Source: Thalia democratica (Eukaryota). Taken from it: a stretch of DNA of 64,000 nucleotides. Below are positions 41,171 through 55,400 of this stretch, one piece after another. The position numbers and the translations under genes were made by a program. The notes under the pieces were generated by a model, which saw only the letters and a list, made by a program, of their open reading frames with translations, had not been told where the DNA came from and searched no databases. The stretch covers positions 36,766,001 to 36,830,000 of the forward strand of contig OZ241826.1 in assembly GCA_965202585.1 (NCBI GenBank), read 5' to 3'. Within the stretch, counting starts at the first letter, position 1. Each line of letters begins with the position of its first letter.

Positions 41171-42014
41171 AAAAGTTTTTTTTCAGACCATATAAATTAA
41201 TACTTTTGAAGTAAAACTTAAAATTAGGTTTTCAATTTAAGAGTAAGTAGTAACTAAATGTTTTTTATCGCTAATTAAATTGAATTTACAGTTTAAAAAA
41301 TGACACTTGTATTGATGAGTTCAAATATTAAAAAATCAGAAAATGGCTTTTATCTAAAGAGTACTAGTTTATTTCTCAAATTTGTTTCTAAATAGTTGGA
41401 ACATTACTTGAAATAAGCTCAAAAACCACTGTTCTATAAGGTTGAAACATATTTTTTTTATAAAACACACTATATCTTAAAAGTTATATAGTATTTTCAA
41501 ACTAAATAAATATGTATATATGATTAAATGTTAATTCTTCTAAAAATATATTTTATCCTAATGGACTAAATTAACTTCTGTTTAAGACTTAGGAGTTGAA
41601 CTTTACAAGGGATTGTTTCTAAATTTCGATGGTTACATAACTCCATTAGCCTTTTTTGTTTAAATATTAATAATACAAACTGATAATAAAAGAAATAGAA
41701 AACTGTATTTTAAAAAGTTTTAACAAAAACAAACCATCTGAAGCATAACTCTTCATACTTTTCTGGAATCAAGTTACTCCATTGGTGTTAAGCTTATAAG
41801 AAACATGTTACTGACTTCATATGGGACTGAAACTCTATCTTCCATTGAGAATCTGTAAAATTTGAAGTTAATCAAAACATGTTATTTAAGTATGTTTTAA
41901 GATAAATGGGTATCAGGAAACTAATAAATTATGATTAAGAAAATAAACAAAAATATATTACATGCAACAATTGACAAGAAAAGTACAGCATTTGAACCAT
42001 GTTGGAGATATTTA

Positions 42015-42542
42015 CAGGGTGGCCACTGGTTTTCAGAAATTTTCTCTAGGTCTTAAAAAAAATTTTCTGTGTTTTTTATGACCACTTTTAGTACTAAGTT
42101 AATCTTAAATTGAAAAAAGGTGCTTTTTGATAGATTGAACCTACTTAATTGATATATTAACAGTATGTCGGGGTACAAATATTTTTTGAGAAATTTCTTT
42201 CAGGACTTTTATAGTTATTGTTTTGGGTTTTATTTAGTTTAAAATAAAGTTTAATATAAAAAAATGTATTAAAAAGTATAACAACATTGAAAGATTAAAT
42301 AAAAAAATGACAAAAAACATTCTTGCAGTACTCAAATTTTTTTGTCCTACCAAAGTTTTTTTTTTACTTAACATGTAATAATTGTAAAAAAAATCAAGAT
42401 TTTCCAGGTTTTTGTAGTGATTTTTGCTTAAAAATCCAAGTTTTTTCAAAATTTCTTTAACTCCAGGTTTTTTAAGCCATATTGTTAAATTTTAGGATTT
42501 TCAAGGTTTTTCCAGAACTCCAGGTTTAGTTGCCACTTCATG
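42015..42542 (-). mobile_element. Diverged member of the CAGGGT(T/G)GCCA MITE family
   Basis: CAGGGTGGCCACT at 42015, a decayed right end AGTTGCCACTTCATG and TTCCAGG subterminal repeats; flanks TATTTA and TATTAA (5/6). Confidence 0.65.
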
Positions 42543-44899
42543 TATTAAGTTAAAATTTATTTCTTATCAAAAATAAGTAATATCTACATTCTTCATATTG
42601 GTATAAAAACTTAGTTTCAACTAAAGATTTCTAACTCTGTGAAATTCTTAAAAATCCTTTTACTTTTTGTAAAATAAAAAATATTCATGGACTACTAGTA
42701 TGATACAACTAGATAAAAAAAATGGTTACCAGAACTTTATTATACTTTAAACTGTTTTTTACACACATTTCATGCTATATTTCTGTTAAAGCTTAGTTTT
42801 GTTTAAAATAAAAACCAAAATTATTAATACTTATACTCATGAAGTAAAACAAAACAAAATACAAGTTTAACTGATGCACCGTTCTTTTAGTTTAACTAGT
42901 AACAAAGCTCCACGAATTTTACAAAGGTTTTTCAAACACATAAGGTTTTTCAAAGAACAAAAGGTGAAGTAGAAGATGAATATGCACATCATCTTAATAA
43001 AAATCAAAAATATAAGCAAGTAAAATAACAACCAATCACAATGTATTTTAAACTAAATTTTTTCGTTTATTCTAAAGATTGGAAAAGATTCAATAAAGTT
43101 GTAAAATTACTAAGTGAAGTGGATAGCGCACCAAAATAACTAAAGCTTAAACTAGAAATTAAAAGGATAAAATATGTGCAAAAGTTTCTTAGAATGTGTA
43201 GAAGTTGGGGGCTGTAAGTGAGCTTGATAGAGCTGTGTTCAATTTTAAGTATCATCCTAACCAAGAAGACATAATTTTTGATCAGACTTTAAATACTTTT
43301 AAAGATTCAGACAAATCAGAACTTTTATCTAATCAAATATTTTTCAAGTAAATAATGATGCCAATGAGGACCTACTTTTAAACTCGTGTGTGTAGAGGGG
43401 ATGCCAACTTCTCTTTTAGATCAATTAAAAAAGGTGTTGTGGTTAGGGAATTTTTTGTCACAATAAGTACTAAAGCTATATCATACACGTGGTATACTGC
43501 CATTAGTGAAGGTTGAAACAAATGATGGACCGGCTCATAGGAGCTGTAGCTAGAAACAAATAAAATTGGAAGCAATTGGTAAACTTACATACAATTTCTA
43601 TTCTTCATGTAAAACTGATAAGGAATGAAATGTTTTTAATAAAAAATCTTTTACTTGATTACTAAAAAATCACTACCAATTAGCATTATTAGTAGAAAGG
43701 ACACTTTGTCTTAAAAGTAATTTATTCATAGATTAATTTGTGTTAACCTTATGTTTTTTTAATAAATGTTTTAAATGTATATTAAACCCTTAGCTTTTTT
43801 AAGTTTCAGGTATTTTACATTATTGTTAATGTTTAATAGAGTAAAGTGTTGCTTTGTCAAGCAAACACTATGACTTAAAAGTACTGCTCATTTTTGTATT
43901 AAGACTTAAATAATTACTTTAAATGGTTTTCTGACACTTGTAAATAAATAAACTACTGCATTAAATATTCTGTCAATATACAAACCACAACAACAGCATT
44001 CTAAAGGTAAGTAAATAAAGTTAAAGAATTTCAATTACAATGAAAAATTAAAATTTACATTGAATAACCATATTACATACAAAGTTTGCAAATTTTATGT
44101 GATTATAACATCATAATACTTCAAAAGTTTGTTATAAAAGTATATCTTTATTTGTAAACTTTCATTTAACATATAAACTACAATTCTAAGTCATGTATAA
44201 TTCAACCATAAAACAGTTAAACTATTTGTTAGGTTAATTTTTGTTTTGGGTAAAAAAAAATTAGTAGTATTAAATATTCTTCTTCAAAAATTCAAAACAC
44301 ATCCAATTCCATTCAGTCAATGCTAAATTACAACATGACAACAAAAATTACTCCTCACACTTTAAGTTAAGGATGGAAAATCTTTGATATATGTACACTA
44401 CTTATGCAATGCTTTTGATTATGATAGAAAAGTATGAAAATGAAATTATGAAGTTATTAAATATTATCAGCTGTACTTAAAAAGTAAGATTAACTCTCAA
44501 AGTAGTAATTGAACATACCTTCACAAGATCATTGGGGGGCAGCTAATTCAAGATCTTGGTCCTCATCTTTATTCTCGATTTATGTAAAATTTGTTTTTAT
44601 TTTATAAAATTAACTATGGAAGTAAAATACATCAGTAAAGTTTGACAAAAAGAGTATTTATTTTACTATATATAAGAATACTACAACACTTTTTGTAATA
44701 TAAATAAAATGCTTTCAATCTAGAAACATGCTTCAAGAAAGGACTTAATTTACTGTGTAAAATTTTAATAAATTAATAACTTAATAGTTATAAAAATCTG
44801 TTAAAGAAAAACCTAAAACCAAGTGAACAATTATTTAAAACTTATTGAAACATAAAAAAAATCATTAAAAATATTTTTTAAATATACAAGTTATCAAAG

Positions 44900-45800
44900 T
44901 TTAAACACTTAAAAAGCTTTCAATTCAAAACTAATTTATTCTAATTATAATCAAAATTATTTTACCTAGCTACAATTGTTTACCAAAAAACAATGGGTTT
45001 TTTAAGCTAATCATTATTTAAAAAATTTCTAGTAGCTGACAGTCACACTTTTTGTCAGTTATTATCAACATTGGATACTAAAAACTTCTTTTAAATACAT
45101 TTATTCAAAATCTATGATTTTACAAAGAGTGCTTGACCGCGTTTTTTAAGCATTTTTATAAAATTTCCCAACTTTAGACCTTTGAAAAATCTACTCTGTG
45201 TTAATTTTTATAACTCTATCAGTGGAATTTACCCTTTTGTGATAATCTGAATTAACTAAAGTACTAGCCCTCCAGCTAAAGACTTATATTCATATCAATC
45301 ATAACTTGTGCACTTTAAAGGTAAAATATATACTTATTATTGTCAATATTGTATTAGAAAACTGCTAAAGAAAGTATTTTTAAGTAAGTTACGGTGTTTA
45401 TTAAAAAGAAGTTTATTTATTCATGTTTGTAAATTTTTGAATCATTTTCAAGAGTGTTCCTATTGAATGGTTTTTACCTTTTTGCATGGTTCTCGTATCC
45501 AGAAAGATAAATGACAACTTTCCTTATACGAAATCTGTTTTTTTTTTACATACAAAGTTTTGAATTTAGTTTATCTTAAATTTCTCTATAAATTTTACTA
45601 TGTCAGTTGATTCATCGGTTTGGATGCTGCAATTTTCAACTTATTTTTAAAAACTGTCATTATGACCCCTAAACCGTCAGGACAAGCTTCATTAAATAAT
45701 CTTATATTCAGATTTTTTACTATTAAAACAAAATACTTTTTTTATTCGTCCATATTATCTACTAAAGTTTTTTAAAAGCTTATAAGCACAAAGAACTTGT
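44900..45800 (-). mobile_element. Degenerate hAT (Buster/Charlie/SPIN-type) transposase fossil
   Basis: Minus strand gives NCSIQTDESTD (~45603-45635, first catalytic Asp), VIKLTQSRFF (~45190-45220) and KV*LS (~45037-45051, an EVRWLS-like motif) in the correct order. Multiple stops. Confidence 0.5.
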
Positions 45801-47199
45801 TTACTTTAATTTAAAAAACTCTTTTATTGTGTCTTATTACATTCAGTCACAAATTAAGCTCATTATTTGAATAATTTAATCTTAAAAAAAATTTTTTGAT
45901 TAACATAACTTATAAATCATAATTATTTTGACATGAGTTCAAACAAAAGTTATTTCATAATACTAATACTAATAGTTTTTTTTTTGGTACTAACAGTATC
46001 AAATTACAACATTTTTGTTTGTTTTTGTTGTCTTTAGGTGTATCAATTATTCGTTTTGATTTTTTGTCTGTATCTTAGTAGTAATTATAAATATTACTAT
46101 ACTTAAAGAAAAACTTATTATATTGCTTGAAGTACTTTTAAAACTATTTTCAGCAAGCAAGTTTGAATATAAACTGACAAAACACAACATTATGCATGTA
46201 GCAAATTAAAAAAATAGATAAAAAACAAAATATGAAGTAACTAAACTATTTAATATTGAAGCTTACTTTTAAATAATTGATTTATAGTTTATGATTTCAA
46301 ATCTTGAAAGCTATAAGAAATGAAAGCTAGTTTGTCAAAACTTAAATGTTACAATAGACTAATATTGTATCTTTATTAGAATATAAATCTAGCAAGTATG
46401 CTAGTATTTCCTATTATTAGAATTATTATAAGTTTATAAATAAAAACATTAACCTATGCATCTAATTTGTTGGTCGGTAATTATATAACTTTTGAGTTTT
46501 TGATGAATGGGTTTAAATTTCACATTATAAAATTTTCAGTTTTCAAGTCATCAGAAATTCAAAAAAATTTAGAAAGTAAAAACTTTAGTGTAATTACACA
46601 CTTAGTAACTTTGTCGATAATGTCCCTTTGGGTACAAACTTTCTTTAGAATTCTAGGAATGACAATATAAAACCATATTTTTGCGTTTTGTTTTAACTGT
46701 GTTGCTTTTAGTTTAGTTAAAATAAAAGGTATCTAGTTTTAAAATTCTATAAAGTTATAGCAAACAATTAAATGTTAGTAGATTAATAAAAGTATTAAAA
46801 TTGTGTTTCATATTTTTAATTTTACATCTTTTATCGTAAACAACAGCTAATAAATTTCAGGGTAAATTGTTGTATAAAGATATAATTTATGTAAACTTAT
46901 TTAACTGTATATGTTTAGGCGATAATCGTAAAAATGTTCACTGATTTTGTTAAGAAAATAAATAATATAGATGGGTTTTATATCTCAATCTTTAAAATAT
47001 GTATATTAAGTTATAAGCTAAGTGATTTACTTTTTTTAAGTTGTAATTTTTTAGATTTTGTTCAGCCAAATAAAACTATTTTTAAAACTTAAATCTCCTA
47101 AGTATGTGATAATAATACAATTAGATGTTTAGTTAAAAGATGTAATGTTGATTTATATCTATCATAAAACTGTTAATTAGTGTTCTTTTTGTAATATTT

Positions 47200-47800
47200 A
47201 TAGTTATTTAGGTAGTATTTTATATTTGGTGTATAACATAGAATCGCTAATAATTAGATTTTAATAATATAATGTGTAACCATTATAACTTCTTAAGAGT
47301 TTCATACCGACAAAGAGCGTATTGTAATTTTAGCAAAAACTTTTTAAAACTCGTTTACTTTTATATTCAAGGTAAAACAACTTTTAGAAATAGTTTTCTT
47401 TACAAGCCCAGTTAAAGATGTAACAAATTTACATAATATAAAAAACTGTAGAACTATACAACTATTCTATTTGTGTGCTTTTTTTTATGGTTAACAATAT
47501 GTTTAATGATTCTTAATGCAACAAAATGCTCGAAGTTTTTTCGTTTTATTAGTTTTATTGTCAAAAGAAGTTTTATCGTTTTCCAAAAATAGAGTTTTAG
47601 TAACAAAGCTTCACATGAAATATTTCGAAAAATTCCCGACTGGTAAGATAAGAATAAATATAATTGGTAGTGGTATTTTCAATTTCTTGTATGGTTATGT
47701 ACTGCGTCAAAACACATTATTTTTTTTTTAAGTAGTTATGCTTAAGGTCAGCTTTATAGATTAAAGTCAGCAATAATCGATAAGAAAAACTAAAGATAAA
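47200..47800 (-). mobile_element. Possible Mutator-like transposase relic
   Basis: Minus strand CFDAVHNH...LILPVGNF (~47630-47715) and ALCRYE (~47305-47325) loosely resemble MULE D-x-T-H...PV and C-x-W-H motifs. Confidence 0.3.
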
Positions 47801-49011
47801 AAACACAAGAAGCAACAAATTGGGAAAGTAACTTTACTTTTGAATTGACTATTGTTGAATAACTAATACTTAATAAAGAAAAAAACTTTTTAGAGATTGA
47901 TTGTTTGTATTTTAATCTCAATTTTTCTTTAAGTATCTTGTTTATTGATAATTGAACAAATACCTCATAGTAAATTGAAAACTTCATAATATTTAGACAA
48001 CAGCTTTATTTATATTTTTTTAAATGTTAAGTAAAAAAGCTTTAAAACGTAACTTTTCTTTTTTATTTGTACATTTATTTGCGAACAAAATTTAGTATAA
48101 TTTAAGTAAATAAGTAAAATATTACAATAAAACCTTTATAAAAAGTACAAAGTAAGTAAAATAAAACCTTACAATGTACAATGTTATAATATACTTTGTT
48201 TTCATTGCTGGACTGTTATTATGTCTTTAATAAACCTTTAAAAACGATTACACATATGAATTTTTTGAAAGAACTTAGACGAAAAAACTAATAATAATTG
48301 TTTGTTTTAGTACTAACGGATTGATTATTGTTATATATCGTGTCAACTAAAAATTACATTAAATTGTTTATATTGTACCGCTCGCGCGGTAATTGTCTCT
48401 TTTTTACTTTCTTTTTTTTTTCTCAAGCGATATAAATTCAACAGTCTCGAGTAATTTACGGTTCACTTCTTTTAGTTTCTACTGCATTGAAGCGGTCTGA
48501 ACTCAGTGCAGCTTTTCGCTGCACTTAAGTTTTAATGGTTTCAATCTTGTTGTTGTCGAATTGATTTCGATTTTAGAATACTTTTTGAGTTTGGTTTAAA
48601 CATTTTCTGTTTAGTTTCTTTTATTCGAGATTGTCGTCTTTTAAAAGATTTGATAACTTGGTTTATTAGTGTAATGTTGTGCAGTACTTTATCATCTTTT
48701 CGTTTCGCAAATTCATTGTAAATATAATCATTATCACAAATTCGAACTCAGTTTAAATTAGTATAAGTAACTGATTTATTAAACATTTAGTAAATAGTAA
48801 GTAATTCATATTAGTTTAGTTAAAACAATTATAATTTAAGCGTTATCTTGGGGATTTCTAGTATACAAGTTAGAGCGCACGTTGCGTAATAAATTAGGCC
48901 AATAAAAGTGTATAAGTAGAAACCTTTAGAGATAGCGACAATGTTTTTATCAAAAAAATAAAACTGTTTTTTTTTGTGCTTTGATTTCCAACGTATTTCT
49001 TATGAAGAAAT

Positions 49012-49567
49012 GGGTCAAAATTGCACCAAGACAAATTTACACGAAGGTTCATTTTTGTACAAAAATACTAATGCACGAATACAAACTTGCACGAAGGCAA
49101 TTTTGCACCAAAGGTCAATTTTGCAAAGAGATTCATTTTTTGCACGAGTGTAAAAAAAAACAAAAACAAAAAAAACAGACAAAAAAAAACGATATAAATA
49201 TTATTGACTGAAGGCAACGATTAAGGGTAATAGTGATAGTAAAAATAGATATAAAATTGAAAATTAATACTTAAAAAAAAAAAAATGAAGAAATTAAAAT
49301 AAATTAATTAAATCGAAGAAAAAAAAACTACCGACCGAGGGTATGGGGTAACAGTGATAGTAAAATAAAAAAAATAAAAAGTAAAGTTAATAAAAAAATT
49401 AAAAAATAAAAACAAATAAAAAACACAGCCCGTGCCAAAATGTCCCCGAGCAGAATTTTCTGCTCGTGCAAAAGTGTCTTTGCGCAATTTAGTCCATTCG
49501 TGCAAAAGTGTCTTCGTGCAGTTTTTTCTGCTCGTGCAATTTTGTCTGCTTGTGCAAATTTAACACC
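49012..49567. mobile_element. MITE with imperfect TIRs and arrays of ~17-bp TTGCACGA subterminal repeats
   Basis: Left arm GGGTCAAAATTGCAC... with repeated (T)TGCACGA (49012-49150); right arm with repeated TCGTGCAA ending GTGCAAATTTAACACC (49430-49567). The centre has AGGGTA...AGTGATAGT motifs similar to the centre of 4767-5041. No TSD identified. Confidence 0.75.
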
Positions 49568-52497
49568 TACTATATTCATAAAAACTATTCATTTTTTCAT
49601 CTGCTCAAAAAGGAATTTTATTATAAAGCTACACAGAGAAGCCAAATGTAGCTGAAACGCGGAAAATTAGTTGAAAAATGAGCTATTTTCCACAATAGCT
49701 GTTAGCTTAGCATAAACCTCTTTTAACCTAAATTTTGATTTTTATAGCAGAACGGCCTTGAGGGGCGTCACGTAAACGTAAAGGGGAATCTCGTTGTACT
49801 AAACATTTTGAAAAATAATTTATCAAAGTTTATAAACTGTAGTAACAATGCTTGTAACTACAAGTTGTAAGGCTTAAAATAATAAATTTAAACTGTGACA
49901 AGTTAAAACGTTATAAAAGGTTTTAAAGGAACACTGCTCTTCAAATAAATTAAATTTGGAAATATTTAAAAAATGCTCATGCTCATAACTTTTATAAAAA
50001 AAATCATCAGTATTAAAAAGTATATTCAGTAAATTTCAGTTAGTTATATATATTTTTCATTATTTTAGGTAGAAAATTAGTTATTTAAATGTTAATTTAA
50101 ACTTATACAAACCCTTTAAATTGTTTAACGAAAATAAGACAAATAAGACTTTCAGCAAAATATTAAGCTTAGTAAGTTGTCTATGAAATATTTCCAAATT
50201 CTTAATTACACTGATATTACAAATTTTTAAATTTACAAAGTGTTCAATTTAATGTTAAGAAGCAAAATAGAGGGTGAAGTAAATCTGATGGTTGCTACCA
50301 TAAAAAATTAAAATATCCTAGAAATAAAAAATAAATTGTAATTAAAGTCTTAAAATACTTAAAGATTTTTATCAAAAAGTTTTCTTTTTAGTTTAATTTT
50401 TGTAATCTATGTTATATATTTGAATGTTATAATAAAATTTTAAATGACTTGATTAAGTTTCAAATTACTATTTATTCAAACATAAGTTTATCATTTTTTC
50501 AAAAACAAAAATAAGGTTTAAATTTTTTTTTAATTTTTAGAAATGTCTCTTTGACTTAATTTTTGCACATATTTGCTGGTCACTATTTACTCAAAAAAAA
50601 AAACAACAGATTGAGTCTTAATGAAATGGGTAAATAAGATTTCTTGAAACAACCTATCTGCAAAATTTAATTTAATAATGCCAAGCATTTTTAAAGTCTA
50701 GGACTGTTTGTATAGTAGCCATATACAAAGTAGCCTACAAATGTGCATAACTGTGTTAACCGTTAAAATAATAAAATTGGTTAACATGTGTTATTAAGTT
50801 AGTCCAGTTTTATAAGCTAACTCTTATTTAAAATATCTTTAAAGACTCCCCTTTTGTAACAACTAAATAATTTAACTGTATACTTATTAATTATTCAAGA
50901 ATTTGCTAAATGATTTTAGACTAGTAAAATACATTTTACTTATTATTTTAGAACTTAACAGCTATATAATGTTTTCTTTTTAATATTTAACACTTTATTT
51001 ACTCTATTTAGCTCTTCTTTGACTTCTTAAATAAGTTCTTCTGTTATTCGATAAATATTTTTGTTTCAATTTTGGTTTTGATAAATCATGTTTTTCAAGA
51101 ATTCTAGAAGTTATGATTTTATAGCTTAGTTTGGAAGTGTACAAATTTTTCTAAAAACAGCTGTGTTTAAATCAAAATCTAAACAATGTCTTTTATTCAC
51201 TAAAAAATATTAACAAAGTATAATATAAATAATCCTAAAAATATTAAAAAAAAGTATTGTGTAATAAGTATATTAAAATGGTAGTTAAATAATTGATCTT
51301 AATCATCTAAATGTTACAAAAAGAAATCATTAAGAACAGTTTTAATAAAATATTCATTAAAAAAGTTTGATGGATTTGCTTCATTAAAAAAGTTTTCAGC
51401 TTACATTTCCCATATCCTACATATATGAGCAAAAAATAAAGTTATGTCTTTTAAAGCATTCAAATAGTCAATGAAAATGTACATTAATTTCTTTGGTGGA
51501 CTTAAGATAAAATGATTGTGCTAAAAATTAATGTTTCAGTTTTAAAATTTGTTTGTATCATGTAGAAATTTCACATCAGTAGATTAGTTTTTTTATAGTA
51601 TTATCCATAACTCTATAGTAAGATTTTTTATACAACCAAAAACAGTTTCAATTAACTTTTAAGATATATTCAGTTAAAAAAAAGTTTCAGATACATACTG
51701 TGTTTGGCACTCTTAGGCTAGTATGAACTTTTTTGAAATCTCATGCTAGTGTTGATTTTAAAGTATCTCATACCAGTTTTTATGCCTTAATTATTACTTA
51801 TTTCTTACAAATATTGATTTTTAAAGTTCTTCTGTAATTATTTAGGTATCTTTTTGTATTTAAACTTAATTAGTATTATTTTTATTCAAAAATTTGCTAA
51901 CAAAAACGTTTTGTTTCTATTTTATTATAAACTCTAACTAGTCTATGGTAACACAGGCTGACTATTTTGCCTCAAAGAGTGGCAATTCTGATTGTTATTA
52001 ACTCAGCTAAATTATAACTACTTCAACTTAGTAGTTAGAATAGTTAAAAGCAAAGTATACATTTGTAAGTTGTTTAAAAAGTATAAAAACATCTATCTAA
52101 CTAACTAATGAATTTTTACTAAGTATTAAGTAAAAAAAAATATTTAATATTTATTTTAATACCTTATTACTAACATAACAATGTTTACTCCTATATTTGC
52201 ATATAGGAGATCCTCAGTTGTTGTTAACAAATCTGAAAATAAATTTTGAACAAATAAATGGAAGTAAAATAAAATTAAAAACAAAATATTGAAATAGACC
52301 TTTAATTCAAGAACTTTAAAATGATTAATTTAAAAAAAGGAACAATTTTAGTAAAAAATATATACAATTATGATTCCTAAGATTTATTTAATTCAAAATA
52401 CAAAAAAAATATTATTTGTTATTTTATGATAATTAACTTTATAACAGCCTATTTAATATAAAGCACTAAAACATTTATTTGTCACAGCTGGTTAAAA

Positions 52498-55400
52498 ATG
52501 CTAACAGTCGAAATTGTAGCACCTACTAGGAAGAATAAACAAAAATACACTTCGAAATGGAAATCTGTTCCTGAGTTTAAAGGTAGTTGATTATTACTTT
52601 ACATAAATAAGACTTATCTATTAAATACAGTATATTATTTTACTAATAGACTGGATTATGCCTGATGTTTCTAGTTCATACCATGTAAGATGTAGATATT
52701 GTAAGAAGAGATTACAAGCAAAATGCTCAAGTCTTAAATACCATGCTAATACTAGCCAACATTTGAAAAAAGTTAGTTTTAACAAATCATCCTACCAAAA
52801 ATTTTGAATAACAATTAAAAACATGTTAAGGGCATAGAGATGTAGATAACCATTTTTACAATTTAGTCTTATATATTGATTTTTAAGTAAGCTACAAGTT
52901 GCTTTTTACAAATTTAAAAAAATCAAATTAATTTTTGAGATATAGCAGGTCAAATTGGACGACAACAATAGGTTACTTTTGGGAGGGGCAAACTAAAACA
53001 GCAAAAAAAAGACTACTTCACTATAAATCTATCTTCTACGTTTTTCGAGATAAATGCCACAAACTTTCAGAATATGCTCCTTAGAATTTTTAAAAAATTG
53101 TGTCGGAAGAGAATTTAAACAAATAAATAATTTGTGACAAAAAAAAAAAAAAAAAAAAACTGTTTGTTATTTGTTTATTTTTTTATAATCTTATTTTTTT
53201 AATTTTAAAAACATTCTTTCTGACAAAGTTTTAAAGTACTTTAAACAACATATCCTGAAAGTTTTAGGTATTTATCTCAAAAAACGTAAGAGAATATAGA
53301 TTTTTAGTGAAGTAGTCTTTTTTTGCTGTTTTAGTTTGCCCCTCCCAAAAGGAACCTATTGTTGCCTCCAACTTTGACCTGATATATCTCAAAAGTTGGT
53401 TTTTATTATTAAAATCAGTAAAATCCATCTTGTAGCTTAAAAACTCAATAAAATAAAATCAAAATGTGAAAAAAGTGTTTAACTCCCCTATGCCTTTGAA
53501 ACTTTTATTAAAATTTGTTAGCATTTCTTGGTTTTAAAGATAACTAAGTTAATTTTCATACTGCTCTACTATTTGCATGTAGTTTTTATAGATATTCATG
53601 ATTAAAATTTCAGTAACAGGTTAATTCATTAATTTTTTTATAAATGGGCCTAAATAAGCATGCATGTTTTCTAAAATATTATCATTTTGTATAAACTTTA
53701 CCTGTACACAGTCGTCCATTAAGTATGATGAAATAATCTCGCTGAAAAAAATTTGTACAAAAAGTTAAACATAGTTTAACAAAGTTTGATTTCTTTGTTT
53801 TAAAATTGGTTTTCTTGTTTTTCTGCTTTAAGTATTTAAGAAATTATGTAAGTTTAAATCCAACTAGTTTTTGCCTATACAGTTTGAAAACTACTTTAAA
53901 TTCTTCATAGTTTTGACAAAATTTTCTTGCAGAATGTATTGTTAGAGAAAAGTTTCTGTAAGACTAATTTAAAGAAACTTTTTTAGCATTTTTCTTAAAC
54001 TTTGTTGAAATGTTATTGGGAAATACAATAAGTTATTTAAAAACTTAAAATTTTTAATTTAATTTTTTTAATTGATATTTAAAAAAAAAAGCAAATAGGC
54101 ATCAGGATGTTGTTTGTATAAACCTAAAATTAGTCAATTTCCTATTAACTGTTTTATTTTGTAAAATTGTATATAGAATTCTTATCATATATGCAAAAAC
54201 ATAACAAAATGAAGATATTTCAGCAACAAGCAGTAGAAATATTCTCTTTTAGAAATACTTTGTAGTACATTACCATAAATACATCAATGAAATTTTTAAA
54301 AGAATATCAATTTTTTAATGAGAAAATTTACCCTTTTTTCAAATTTTCAAAGAATTCAGACATTTTTTAACACTAAACCGAAGAAAACAAAATGTCTAAA
54401 AAAATTTGCTATATAAAAGCTTCTAAGGTATTTTTAGTAGTTGCTGTTGGCCTTAATTTTGACATAAATTTGAGGTTTTTTCAACTTATTTTTTATTTTA
54501 AAAAACTAAAAATTTGCTACATTTAAGCTTAAAAAACTTTTATCAAACTTCAAGCAGAATAGAATCAAAGCCAATTTAAAAAAAGGAAGTCTAGCTATAA
54601 ATAACTAACTAAATCTCTGGGTTTAATTTTAAAGTTACTAAAATGTTCATTAGCCATTTGCCAGCCCATGTGCTGAATTTATTTTTTAATTCTAAAATTA
54701 GTATTAAAATTGTAATGATTTTACAACATAAAATAAACATAAACAAGAAGAGTTGATGTTTTCTAATAAGATAGGCATAACCATAAAAATTTAAACTAAA
54801 GAAATATATATATAAAAGAAAAATTAAATGTAAAAATTTATTAAAATCATTTAACTAAGTTTAAATAAATTAACCTACCTGTAAGTAAACAATAAAAATA
54901 GAAAAGATTAATTTTTCAAAATCCCTAAAAAGTTGTCAATTATTTTCATTTGTAAAATCATTTTGACCACAAATGCTTTTTCACAAAATTTATTGTAGTA
55001 TGAATTTTTGTCATTTTAATAGAAATCAGTTTATAAGCAGACTTTTGAAATAGAGTTCTTATTGATTTACAATTAGTTACTTGTATTGGAGCCTTATAAA
55101 CACCAGGTTCCTTCATCTTCTACAACGGCTACAACAAATAAATCAACTCAGGCTAAGCTACTTGAAGCAAAGCTGGCCATGCACTTAGCTATGCATGGTA
55201 CAATGTCCTCAAGTACCTGCTTGCTCAAGTGCTTGAAGGCAAGCATAAGTAATGACGAGATTGAATCAGCAAGTTTGGGGCGTACTAAGTGTACTGCAAT
55301 AGTAAAAAATGTCCTTGGACCAATGTGTAAGGATTTGCTTAAAAAGGACATTGGAAACGGTCCTTTTTCCATATTTGTTGATGAAGCAACAGATAAGGCT

